Below are positions 8,720-17,365 of a stretch of DNA of 24,000 nt, one piece after another. A program made the translations under genes and the position numbers. This stretch comes from Eubacteriales bacterium (GTDB lineage Bacteria > Bacillota > Clostridia > Oscillospirales > CAG-272), in contig JAZSRA010000065.1 of NCBI GenBank assembly GCA_045538195.1, positions 1-24,000 on the forward strand, given 5' to 3'. The stretch's first letter is position 1. Every line of letters begins with the position of its first letter. The notes under the pieces were generated by a model. That model saw only the letters and a list, made by a program, of their open reading frames with translations, did no database searches and was not told the DNA's origin.

Positions 8720-9888
8720 AAATAACTAACTTTAATGCGTTTGCCCATTTTCTTGAGACAAGCAGATAATTCCTCAACAAGATTCATTTTGATGTTGAAA
8801 TTGATTGGAAGATCAGGGTTTTGATGTGCGGGGTTGACCGCTCTGCCGACGTAGAAGTTGATATCCGTCGCTTCTTCAAACAAAAGTCGGCTGATAAGTG
8901 ACGCGCCATCCTTTTTAAAGCTCCATTCCTCGTAAAGTTCATTCTTGCCAAGGTAATCCTTTGCATACTGAATGACCTTGTTCATGGTAATAACCCCTTC
9001 GGTTACGAGGTCAACGCCCTCGATGCGCGCGATAGGGGGAACGTCGCTTCTTTCAAAGTTAAGGCTTGCCTGAATGGGCTTGCCCAGATATTTTGACGCG
9101 ATTGAAGAAGTAGTGCCGCCGCAGATGATGTGCTTACCCTCTTTGGAGAAGAAAAGCGACATCATTCTATTTGCGTCGTCGCGGTTGGAGGGAGGCCCAA
9201 AAAGAATATTCATAGGCTCTCGCTTTCTGATCTTAATAACGCAAGCGGTAGTATCGTCTCCCGGCTTGTGACCGTAAAGCTTGTCGCATTCGTCAACCAG
9301 CATCGTTGAAAGATTTTTGGCAGTAAAGCCGCCCGCCACCATCGCCTGCATATAGTCGGCGATATCCTGCCTTTTCCAACCGAAATTGTATTTCCCACCC
9401 ATTCCTGCGTGGGGACATCCGTCGCTCATAGCGATAAACGTGTCGTCCTCCTGCAGTTTAATGGTGGATTTGTATATTTTTTTGCCACCGATGTTCATTT
9501 CGGTCATAGGATAATCGTACTGATCGTAATTTCTTATTATGATCACGTGAGGATTATCGTACTGAATGATCTCGGCTATTTCGTTGTTCAGAAGATGAAT
9601 AATAGTAAAGGTGGAATACGCCACGCCGCGTACCGAGCAAACGGGAAGCGTTGCGGCTATGGTAGACACACATTCTTCAATGGGAAGTCCTGCCGCCATC
9701 ATCGTTGAGATGATCTTGGAGGTCAGAGTGGAGAGAATGCTTGCCTTAACACCCGAACCCAGACCGTCTGCAAGTACGATGACCGTGGAATTTTCGTTTT
9801 CCTCCACGATGTCTACGTGGTCGCCGCAAAGCTCCTCGCCGACGTGATTGATGCTCTTATATCCGATATCTGCACACAAATCATTCAT
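8716..9888 (-). CDS. SpoIIE/PP2C-type serine phosphatase associated with hydrogenase
   Basis: 390-aa ORF: GDHVDIVEENENSTVIVLADGLGSGVKAS and DDTFIAMSDGCPHAG...GDDTTACVIKIR are PP2C/SpoIIE-like metal-site motifs. 4-nt and 8-nt overlaps with its neighbours. Confidence 0.85.
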   Translation of the reverse strand: MNDLCADIGYKSINHVGEELCGDHVDIVEENENSTVIVLADGLGSGVKASILSTLTSKIISTMMAAGLPIEECVSTIAATLPVCSVRGVAYSTFTIIHLLNNEIAEIIQYDNPHVIIIRNYDQYDYPMTEMNIGGKKIYKSTIKLQEDDTFIAMSDGCPHAGMGGKYNFGWKRQDIADYMQAMVAGGFTAKNLSTMLVDECDKLYGHKPGDDTTACVIKIRKREPMNILFGPPSNRDDANRMMSLFFSKEGKHIICGGTTSSIASKYLGKPIQASLNFERSDVPPIARIEGVDLVTEGVITMNKVIQYAKDYLGKNELYEEWSFKKDGASLISRLLFEEATDINFYVGRAVNPAHQNPDLPINFNIKMNLVEELSACLKKMGKRIKVSYF

Positions 9889-11569
9889 CGTCGATAGACT
9901 CCTTCAGCTTAGTTAGCGCGACCTTGGTCTCCGCGGCGGTCTCGCCCAGCAGAGATGCTATCTCCTGAACGATCCTCATCTGCTTTTCAACAACGGTATC
10001 GGCAACCTCAACGGTCTTCTTGTTGATCATTGCCTTTCTCTCTCTGTCGGCTTCTTCGTCGGTAATGTCTCGCATAATACCGATGAGCATACGGGAATCG
10101 GGATCGTAAACCACGGTTTGTCTGATGTATTTTTTGTACTCGGCAAGGTAAACTCTCTGGTCACGAACGCTTCTGCCGGTCTCCATTACTTTAATGAAAA
10201 CCGCAGGATCGAGAATGCGGACTACCGGCTCACCCAACACGTCGCTTTCGGAGCGAATGTTCATGATCTTACGTGCGGAGGCGTTAATTTGCTGAACCTC
10301 AAGATTCTCGTTCAACGCGATAAGACCGTTGGGTGTATTCTTTACAATAGTGTCCGAAAAGCTCTCCGCCTTGTCCTTAAGGAAGGGCAGACACATAGAG
10401 ATTTCCGCCTTGCCCTGAATGATAGCGATAGCCTTTTCACGGCAGGAATTGTAGCCACAGGAGCCGCAGTTCAATTCATCGGAGGACTTGAACTTGCCCA
10501 TCTGACGCAGAACGGTCATGATCTCATTTTCTGAGGGCTGCGCGAGCTTATGCTCGATCATTGAAAAGTGCTTTTTGAGACTCATCGAATCAGGCTGCGC
10601 TACTTCAAAATCGCGTTCTCCCGCATAATCGGAAACCGTGATATAGTCCTTTATGGGAGAAGACCTATGATACTTTTCCATAACGGGACCACCGATACAG
10701 CTGCCTACGCAAGCAGACATCTCGATGAAGCACTTGTGGATCTTGCCGCTTTCGATGTCCTTGAGGGCAGAGATGCAGTTCTCAACGCCGTCAAGGGCAA
10801 GATAAGTATATCCGGGTGCATTTTGAGCCATTGTTTTCAATACACCGCCTGTGGTGGGAAAGAAGCGTGCGCGGCTTTCGGGCGTGTTGTCCACTTCCTT
10901 TTCAAGCTCGATCTTTTCTGCTTTAAGCCAGTTGGTAAGCTCCTCAAATGTGAGAACTGCGTCAACGATGCCCTCGTAATATTCAGCTTCGTCCTTCTTT
11001 GCCACGCAAGGACCTATAAATACGGTCTTTGCCCCGGGGTATCTTCTTTTTATATCCGCACAATGCGCCTGCATAGGGGACATAACGTCCGCGAGATATT
11101 CAAGGCAGGAGGGAAAGTATTTTTGAATGAGCAGATTGACCGAGTGGCAGCAGGAGGTTATTATAATGTCCCTCTCATCCTCGAAAAGCATGCGCTCATA
11201 TTCGGTCTTAACGATAGTTGCACCGATAGCAGTTTCCTCAACGCCGTAAAAGCCCAGCTTTTTTAAAGCTCGGCGAATAGATTCGATACCAACGCCCTCG
11301 TAGTTTGCGATGAAGGAGGGAGCCAAGCTGACTATAACGGGATCCTTGCTCTGAAGCAGAACTCTCGCTTTTTCGGTGCTGTCAACGATTTCCTTTGCGT
11401 TTTGAGGACAAACTACAAAACAATGACCGCACAAAATGCACTCATTGCCGATGATATGCGCCTGGTTGCCCGAAAAACGTATCGCCTTTACAGGACAGTG
11501 ACGGATACATTTATAGCAATTTTTGCAATTCGATTTTTTTAGTGTCAAGCAATTTGCCATATCCGTCAA
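9881..11569 (-). CDS. Sensory-type [FeFe] hydrogenase with additional FeS cluster and PAS domain (group C/HydS-like)
   Basis: 562-aa ORF: CKNCYKCIRHCPVKAI and CILCGHCFVVCP ferredoxin motifs; H-cluster-like TSCCHSVNLLI, FIGPCVAKKDE and EMSACVGSCIGG; CGSCGYNSCREKA FeS motif; PAS-like region SDTIVKNTPNGLIALNENLEVQQIN...GIMRDITDEE. Confidence 0.85.
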   Translation of the reverse strand: MTDMANCLTLKKSNCKNCYKCIRHCPVKAIRFSGNQAHIIGNECILCGHCFVVCPQNAKEIVDSTEKARVLLQSKDPVIVSLAPSFIANYEGVGIESIRRALKKLGFYGVEETAIGATIVKTEYERMLFEDERDIIITSCCHSVNLLIQKYFPSCLEYLADVMSPMQAHCADIKRRYPGAKTVFIGPCVAKKDEAEYYEGIVDAVLTFEELTNWLKAEKIELEKEVDNTPESRARFFPTTGGVLKTMAQNAPGYTYLALDGVENCISALKDIESGKIHKCFIEMSACVGSCIGGPVMEKYHRSSPIKDYITVSDYAGERDFEVAQPDSMSLKKHFSMIEHKLAQPSENEIMTVLRQMGKFKSSDELNCGSCGYNSCREKAIAIIQGKAEISMCLPFLKDKAESFSDTIVKNTPNGLIALNENLEVQQINASARKIMNIRSESDVLGEPVVRILDPAVFIKVMETGRSVRDQRVYLAEYKKYIRQTVVYDPDSRMLIGIMRDITDEEADRERKAMINKKTVEVADTVVEKQMRIVQEIASLLGETAAETKVALTKLKESIDDE

Positions 11570-11829
11570 CCCCTTTCGCTTTCTATAACATCAAGTATAT
11601 TTTTCTTGAAAAATTCTCTGAAATTATCTCTCGTCACGCCAACGTGAATGTCATCGTTTACCTGAACGGTAACGCCAATGCGGTTGCACTTTCCGATGCA
11701 AAAGCTACCGGAAAGCACTACCTCATCCTCAATATGATATTCTTCCAAGGCTTTTTCAAAAAGCTCGACTATATCCTGTGAGCCTTTGAGGTAGCAAGAC
11801 GAGCCAACACAAACCTGAACAAACAACAT
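11566..11829 (-). CDS. Small (2Fe-2S) thioredoxin-like ferredoxin domain protein (NuoE-like)
   Basis: MLFVQVCVGSSCYLKGSQDIVELFEKAL...VLSGSFCIGKCNRIGVTV has a CxxxxC...CxxxC arrangement. The track ORF begins at 11907, but an internal Met at 11829 fits better because it avoids overlap with the next gene. Confidence 0.85.
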   Translation of the reverse strand: MLFVQVCVGSSCYLKGSQDIVELFEKALEEYHIEDEVVLSGSFCIGKCNRIGVTVQVNDDIHVGVTRDNFREFFKKNILDVIESERG

Positions 11830-11833
11830 GATC

Positions 11834-12076
11834 TTATACCTTTGCCAAAACTTCTCTAGCGAAGAACTCTCCAACGCTTTCGGGAGTAACGGAATGGAAG
11901 GAGTCATTTACAGTTACGCATACGCCCTGCTGGCACTTGCCCATGCAGAAGGTGCCGCCAAGCTCTACCTTGTCTCCGATATTGTTCTCAGCGATCAGAT
12001 TCTGGAGCTGTTCTACTACCTGACGGGAACCCTTAATGTGACAGGAGCTTCCGATACAAACTGTGATCTTTATCAT
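11834..12076 (-). CDS. Small (2Fe-2S) thioredoxin-like ferredoxin domain protein (NuoE-like)
   Basis: 80-aa ORF MIKITVCIGSSCHIKGSRQVVEQLQ...VELGGTFCMGKCQQGVCVTV, paralogous to the downstream gene. Confidence 0.85.
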   Translation of the reverse strand: MIKITVCIGSSCHIKGSRQVVEQLQNLIAENNIGDKVELGGTFCMGKCQQGVCVTVNDSFHSVTPESVGEFFAREVLAKV

Positions 12077-12178
12077 AATTCTATTCCTCTTTTATTTTTA
12101 ATTTTTTGGGGTTCCAACCCTTTTTTGTAGGATATGCGTTAAATTGGAGTTTGTAGGGGGATACGAGGGATGCGACCT

Positions 12179-12198
12179 ACTTTCTTTGAAAAGAAAGT
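12179..12198. repeat. Perfect palindrome, possible copy of a dispersed intergenic element
   Basis: actttcttt-ga-aaagaaagt, 9-bp arms. Confidence 0.45.
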
Positions 12199-12246
12199 AA
12201 GCCGCCGGAGGCACGCTTCCTCACCGATAAATCAAAATTTGAACAA

Positions 12247-12996
12247 TTACTGATGATCTGCAACGCTGCCCCAGTTCATAAGGAATTCGCGCTCTGCCTC
12301 GTTACCGTTGACCGACTGAGATGCCGCTACTATAGGCACCCACTTCTGAATGTACTGCTTTTCGGTGTCGCTCTTCTTACAGAAGAGGTCGAGATAAAGT
12401 TCAGCTCCGCCGATGTCGCCGTTCAGACAGAAGATAATGTAGGTGCGTGCAGCGTCTGCTGATGCGTTACCCTGAGTTGCATGAGACCAATCGAGGATAT
12501 AGGGGGTGCCGTCCTCGGTGATAATGATGTTGGAGGGGTTAAAATCTCCATGGCAGACCTTGTTGTGCTTGGGCATACCCTCAAGACGGGTGTGAAGATC
12601 GTAACGGGTGGTTGCGTCAAGCTCGGTATCGGCGATCTTTTGGTTCATCTTGTCCTTCAGCTTGTTGAGAAGGGGACAGGTCTTTGCGTGAACGTTCATC
12701 TGAAGGTCAACAAGAAGCTCGATATACTCGTTCTTCTTTTCGGGCTGCTCTGTCAGCAGCTGTGCCAGCGTTTTACCCTTGATGAACTCGGAAACGATCG
12801 CCCACTTGCCGTCGATCATAGTGACCTCAATAACCTTGGGGATGTTCAGACCGATCTCCTCGATCCTTGCCTGATTGAGCGCCTCATTCAGCACGTCTGC
12901 CTTGGAATATTCTGCGTTAAAGACCTTGATGCATCTGTCACCGTCACGGTAGATGGTCTTATTATTTCTTACTGCGATTACTCTGTCAAGTTTCAT
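12247..12996 (-). CDS. Aminoglycoside phosphotransferase (APH)-family kinase
   Basis: 249-aa ORF with AIVSEFIKGKTLAQLL, catalytic-loop-like VCHGDFNPSNIII and YILDWSHATQGN. Confidence 0.85.
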   Translation of the reverse strand: MKLDRVIAVRNNKTIYRDGDRCIKVFNAEYSKADVLNEALNQARIEEIGLNIPKVIEVTMIDGKWAIVSEFIKGKTLAQLLTEQPEKKNEYIELLVDLQMNVHAKTCPLLNKLKDKMNQKIADTELDATTRYDLHTRLEGMPKHNKVCHGDFNPSNIIITEDGTPYILDWSHATQGNASADAARTYIIFCLNGDIGGAELYLDLFCKKSDTEKQYIQKWVPIVAASQSVNGNEAEREFLMNWGSVADHQ

Positions 12997-13057
12997 TTAT
13001 CTGTCCTCCCCTATTATCTGCGAGTTTGCAACGCCGCGATAGTAGTCCTGCTGAAAA

Positions 13058-13681
13058 TTATTTGCTGATTTGATTATTGAGATACGCTAAGGAAAGGGCG
13101 AGATTTTCTTGCTTTAAAAGAACGCCCGATGGAAGAGAGAGGGTGCAGGGCGCGAAATTCCAGATCGCTGTAATACCGCTTGCTACCATTATGTCGCAAA
13201 CCTCCTGCGCCGAGCCTTGTCCTACCGTAATTACTCCCAGCTTAACGTCATTCTTCTTGCAAAAAGCTTCAAGATCCTTGATAGGCATGATAGATTTTGA
13301 ACCATTGCCCATCTGAATAACACGGTCGTTGCTATCAAACCCCGCGATGATCTTTACTCCAAACGCCTCAAAGCCGTCGTAGTCGAGAAGTGCCTTGCCA
13401 AGCTTTCCTGCACCGACCAAAACCGCGTTAGTAAGACTCTCTCGTCCGAGATGTCTTTCAATATCTGATATTAGCTTTTCTTTTTCGTAACCGACTTTAG
13501 GTTTTCCCGCACCGCTTACTGCTTGGAGATCCTTGCGGACCTGTACGTCGCCAAGGGACAATCCCTTTGCAATTGCCGTCGCGGATATTGTACTGCCATG
13601 AATCGTCGGAAGATCTTTCAAATATTGAAGATATGTAGGGAGCCTTCCGAGAGTTGCCTTTGGGATAGAATTTCCGTTCAT
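13058..13681 (-). CDS. rex: Redox-sensing transcriptional repressor Rex
   Basis: 207-aa ORF: LPTYLQYLKDL, wHTH SLGDVQVRKDLQAVSGAGKPKVGY, NAD(H)-binding NAVLVGAGKLGKALLDYDGF and C-terminal IWNFAP. Confidence 0.88.
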   Translation of the reverse strand: MNGNSIPKATLGRLPTYLQYLKDLPTIHGSTISATAIAKGLSLGDVQVRKDLQAVSGAGKPKVGYEKEKLISDIERHLGRESLTNAVLVGAGKLGKALLDYDGFEAFGVKIIAGFDSNDRVIQMGNGSKSIMPIKDLEAFCKKNDVKLGVITVGQGSAQEVCDIMVASGITAIWNFAPCTLSLPSGVLLKQENLALSLAYLNNQISK

Positions 13682-13735
13682 TTTCCACCTCCGGTTTTTA
13701 TTGACATTATTTTATCATATATTTAAATTTTTGGG

Positions 13736-13775
13736 AATAATTAAAATGTTATATCGGTATTATAAATATCGATAT
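13736..13775. promoter_or_regulatory. 40-nt conserved element (copy 1) upstream of rex, containing imperfect palindrome ATATCGGTATTATAAATATCGATAT (13751-13775)
   Basis: 38/40 identity to 18657-18696 by direct comparison. The 25-nt core is identical to its reverse complement at 20/25 positions. Confidence 0.8.
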
Positions 13776-13988
13776 GCCTTTAATCGATAAAATATATATC
13801 AAAAAAACGAGCAGTTTTGTGTTATTGACGAAATAGCTCGCCCATATTGTATTTTGCTTGGAAAATGGACGGAGAAAATGACAAAACAGACATAATTCAT
13901 CGCTCCGAAATCGTTTTACACACTTATTTTACCACGGTTTGACTCAAAATGCAATACGTTATAAAAAAAATGTCAATTTTTGAAAAAA

Positions 13989-14013
13989 GGAAGGCCGCGA
14001 TATGCGACCTTCC
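13989..14013 (-). terminator. Intrinsic terminator downstream of nfnB
   Basis: Minus strand ggaaggtcgc-atatc-gcggccttcc (10-bp stem, one G-U), followed by TTTTTTC. Confidence 0.8.
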
Positions 14014-14081
14014 CAGAAGACTCATCCGGGGCTATACGGTGGCTCAAACCGTTTTTACGGATAAGTTCATCTGCAATTAAT

Positions 14082-15497
14082 TTATTTTGAAAGCGCCTCG
14101 TCAATGGCTTTTGCGGCGGTCTTACCTGCTCCCATAGCGGAAATGACCGTAGCCGCTCCGGTTACTGCGTCACCGCCTGCATAAACGGCATTTCTTGATG
14201 TAAGTCCGTCCTCGTTGACCACAATGCCGCCCCAACGATTGACCTCAAGTCCGTCGGTGGTGGACTTGATCAGCGGGTTGGGAGAGGTTCCGATAGACAT
14301 GATAACGGTGTCCACGTCAATAGTAAATTCGCTACCCTCAACAACCACAGGACGCCTTCTTCCGCGCTCGTCGGGTTCGCCTAGCTCCATTCTGACACAA
14401 GTCATACCCGTAACAAAGCCGTTTTTGGGATCTCTTGCATCTTCGGGATTATTATATCCGAGAATTTCGGTGGGATTACAGAGCAGACGGAACTCAATTC
14501 CCTCCTCCTCTGCGTGTTCAACCTCCTCGCGGCGCGCGGGAAGCTCCTCCATAGAACGGCGATAGACGATATAGACCTTTTCAGCTCCAAGGCGAAGCGC
14601 GGTTCTCGCCGCGTCCATAGCAACGTTACCGCCTCCAACTACCGCTACATTACCGCCTTTCATAATAGGTGTTTCAGGATTGTCAAGATAGGATTTCATC
14701 AGGTTGCTTCTGGTCAAAAATTCATTTGCCGAGTAAACACCCTTCAGAGATTCGCCGGGAATACCCATAAAGTTGGGAAGTCCCGCGCCCGAACCGATAA
14801 ATACGGCTTCATAACCCATCTGGAAAAGCTCATCGACGGTCAAGGTCTTTCCTATGACCACGTTGGTCTCGATCTTAACGCCAAGCTTTTTAAGGGTGTC
14901 AACCTCTTTTGCAACGATCTTTTTGGGAAGACGGAACTCAGGAATACCGTAAACAAGCACGCCGCCCGCAGTGTGCAGAGCCTCGAAAACCGTTACGTCG
15001 TAACCTTTTTTCGCAAGATCGCCCGCGCAAGTCAGACCCGAAGGACCCGATCCAACGATGGCAACTCTGTGTCCGTTTCTTTCGGGGCGTACAGGCTCCT
15101 CGGTGCAGAAGGTATTGTGCCAATCCGCAACGAATCTTTCAAGTCTGCCGATACCGACACTCTCGCCCTTGATTCCTCTCACGCACTTGGACTCGCACTG
15201 AGTTTCCTGAGGGCAAACTCGACCGCAGACCGCGGGGAGAGAGGAGGATTTTGTAATGATCTGATACGCTCCCTCAAAGTCGCCTTCTTTGATCTTGGTT
15301 ATAAACTCGGGGATATGTATCTTTACGGGGCAACCGTCCACACAAGGCATATTTTTGCAACTAAGGCAACGCATAGCCTCGTCGATGGCGGTTTCTTCGG
15401 AATAGCCCAACGCCACCTCGTCAAAGTTGCGTGCGCGAACCTTGGCGTCTTGTGTGGGCATCTCATTTCTTGTTAAGGACATATTTGCTTTTGCCAT
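14082..15497 (-). CDS. nfnB: NADPH-dependent glutamate synthase small-subunit-like / NfnB large subunit of NADH-dependent ferredoxin:NADP+ oxidoreductase
   Basis: 471-aa ORF: CLSCKNMPCVDGCPVKIHIPEFI, CGRVCPQETQCESKC, VAIVGSGPSGLTCAGDLAKKGYDVTVFEA, VAVVGGGNVAMDAARTA and YAGGDAVTGAATVISAMGAGK. Adjacent NfnA-like gene. Confidence 0.88.
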   Translation of the reverse strand: MAKANMSLTRNEMPTQDAKVRARNFDEVALGYSEETAIDEAMRCLSCKNMPCVDGCPVKIHIPEFITKIKEGDFEGAYQIITKSSSLPAVCGRVCPQETQCESKCVRGIKGESVGIGRLERFVADWHNTFCTEEPVRPERNGHRVAIVGSGPSGLTCAGDLAKKGYDVTVFEALHTAGGVLVYGIPEFRLPKKIVAKEVDTLKKLGVKIETNVVIGKTLTVDELFQMGYEAVFIGSGAGLPNFMGIPGESLKGVYSANEFLTRSNLMKSYLDNPETPIMKGGNVAVVGGGNVAMDAARTALRLGAEKVYIVYRRSMEELPARREEVEHAEEEGIEFRLLCNPTEILGYNNPEDARDPKNGFVTGMTCVRMELGEPDERGRRRPVVVEGSEFTIDVDTVIMSIGTSPNPLIKSTTDGLEVNRWGGIVVNEDGLTSRNAVYAGGDAVTGAATVISAMGAGKTAAKAIDEALSK

Positions 15498-15498
15498 T

Positions 15499-16365
15499 TT
15501 ACTTCACGTCCTTTCTAAAAAGATTACAGCTATCTTCATAAGCATGGCGCTCAAAATCGGCGTACATTCTGCCTCTTGACATCGCCTCGTCAAAGTCGAT
15601 CTCGTATCCGTTGAAATCAGGACCGTCAACACAAGCGAACTTGGTTACCTTTTTGCCGTCGATGTTGAGAGTGAGACGGCATCCGCCGCACATTCCCGTG
15701 CCGTCTATCATGATGGGATTCATGGAAGCGGTTACGGGTGTGCCGTAAGGCTTTGCGGTCGCCACAACGAACTTCATCATAATAAGAGGACCGATAGTGA
15801 TGATCATATCAAATTTCTCGCCCGCTTCAAGCATTTCTTTGAGGGGAACGGTTACGTTTCCGTGTTCACCGTACGAGCCGTCGTCGGTCATCACGCGCAG
15901 AGTGTTTGAGCAAGCCTTGAATTCGTCCTCAAGGATAAGGAGATCCTTATTTCTGAATCCGATGATGCTTGTAACGTCAGCGCCCATTTCGTGGAGCGCT
16001 TCGGCGATAGGCATAGCGATAGCGCAACCAACGCCGCCGCCAACAATGCAGACCTTCTTAAGTCCGTCGAGGTGTGTCGCCACGCCAAGAGGGCCTACAA
16101 AGTCCTGAATATACTCGCCCGCTTCTTTATAAGAGAGCTTTTTCGTAGTGCCGCCAACCACTTGGAAAATGATCTTGACGGTTCCGTTTTCTTTGTCAAC
16201 TCCTGCAACGGTAAGGGGGATTCTTTCGCCCTCCTCGTCGACGCGCAGGATTATAAACTGTCCGGGTCTCGCCTTGTTTGCCACCAGCGGTGCTTCGATC
16301 CAAAGCTGAATGACCGTGGGATTAAGTACCTTTTTATCTACTATTCTATACATTTTCTTCTCCAA
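15499..16365 (-). CDS. nfnA: Sulfide/dihydroorotate dehydrogenase-like FAD/NAD-binding protein, NfnA-like subunit
   Basis: 288-aa ORF: ARPGQFIILRVDEEGERIPLTV, VGPLGVATHLDGLKKVCIVGGGVGCAIAMPIA and C-terminal MIDGTGMCGGCRLTLNIDGKKVTKFACVDGPDFNG. Confidence 0.88.
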   Translation of the reverse strand: MEKKMYRIVDKKVLNPTVIQLWIEAPLVANKARPGQFIILRVDEEGERIPLTVAGVDKENGTVKIIFQVVGGTTKKLSYKEAGEYIQDFVGPLGVATHLDGLKKVCIVGGGVGCAIAMPIAEALHEMGADVTSIIGFRNKDLLILEDEFKACSNTLRVMTDDGSYGEHGNVTVPLKEMLEAGEKFDMIITIGPLIMMKFVVATAKPYGTPVTASMNPIMIDGTGMCGGCRLTLNIDGKKVTKFACVDGPDFNGYEIDFDEAMSRGRMYADFERHAYEDSCNLFRKDVK

Positions 16366-16383
16366 CCTTTAATAATAGGGCGA

Positions 16384-17202
16384 TTATTTCTTTACAAAAT
16401 TTTTGCCTATGACACTACCGCCGTCAACGAGTACGTCTACACCGGCAAGATAACCGTTTCTCTCGTCTGCGACGGTCGCGATTGCAAATCCAAGCTCCTC
16501 CGGCTTGCCCATACGTCTTTCAGCCGTTGTATCCAAAAGGCTTCCGCCTTCCTCCGCCTCAAGGTTGCCCATGTCGGTTGCGATCAGTCCCGGACTGAGA
16601 GAACAGACGCGGATTCCCTTAGGACCAAGCTCGTAAGCGGATTTTGCCGCATACCAGATAACGAACTTTTTGGAAAGACCGTAAGCAAGTCCTGATGCCT
16701 TATAGCCTTTAAGCTTGTTAGGCAGAGCGAGAATCTTTTTGAGAAACTTTGCCTCGTCCTTATCGGCAAGAGCAAAGGTCTTTTTGCTTGCAAGGAAATT
16801 CGGAAGTATATATGCTGAGTTGGAAGAAACGTCAACGATAACGCTTCCCGCACCCATCAATTTTGAAAATTCTTCATTGACATAGACGGTTCCGAGAGCG
16901 TTTACTCTCATAATCTTTTCAGGCTCTGCCATAGCAGGAGAGAGTCCTGCGGAATTGATGACGTTTTTGATCTCACCAAGGCTTACTGCGTATTCGGCAA
17001 GCTCACGGACCTGCTCTCTTACAGAGGTGTCGCAGGTCTTGGCGTATGCCTCATATCCGAGAGATTCCAGCTCCTTCACTGCATTTTCAAGCTTGGAGAG
17101 AGTTCTTCCGGTCACGACGATAATTTTGTCCTTGGGCATGCACTTGGCAGCGGCAAGACCCATTCCGCTTCCACCACCAGTTATCACGCATACAGTTTTC
17201 AT
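16384..17202 (-). CDS. Short-chain dehydrogenase/reductase (SDR) family oxidoreductase
   Basis: 272-aa ORF: VITGGGSGMGLA, NSAG, SSNSAY, YGLSK active-site-like motif and LSPGLIATDMG. Confidence 0.88.
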   Translation of the reverse strand: MKTVCVITGGGSGMGLAAAKCMPKDKIIVVTGRTLSKLENAVKELESLGYEAYAKTCDTSVREQVRELAEYAVSLGEIKNVINSAGLSPAMAEPEKIMRVNALGTVYVNEEFSKLMGAGSVIVDVSSNSAYILPNFLASKKTFALADKDEAKFLKKILALPNKLKGYKASGLAYGLSKKFVIWYAAKSAYELGPKGIRVCSLSPGLIATDMGNLEAEEGGSLLDTTAERRMGKPEELGFAIATVADERNGYLAGVDVLVDGGSVIGKNFVKK

Positions 17203-17365
17203 TCGTTTTCCTCTTTTCTGTCATTGAAAATTTTAATGAAAAGCGCCAGGACATCTCTGAGCGATCATTGCACGATTAGCTGTCAGAGATGCCTTTTCGA
17301 TTATTTCAACAATTCTCGATGTGTCAACAATCTTGAATTAATAAATAATATTTAATACGCCTATA

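Noticed and set aside
11830-11907. N-terminal extension of the (2Fe-2S) ORF (track start at 11907)
   Set aside because: The extension overlaps the neighbouring gene and is not ferredoxin-like. Start at 11829 gives a 4-nt gap and a domain-proper N-terminus.
14514-15476. 320-aa plus-strand ORF opposite nfnB
   Set aside because: Antisense shadow ORF. The minus strand encodes a clearly recognisable NfnB/GltA-like protein, and the plus translation has no recognisable motif.
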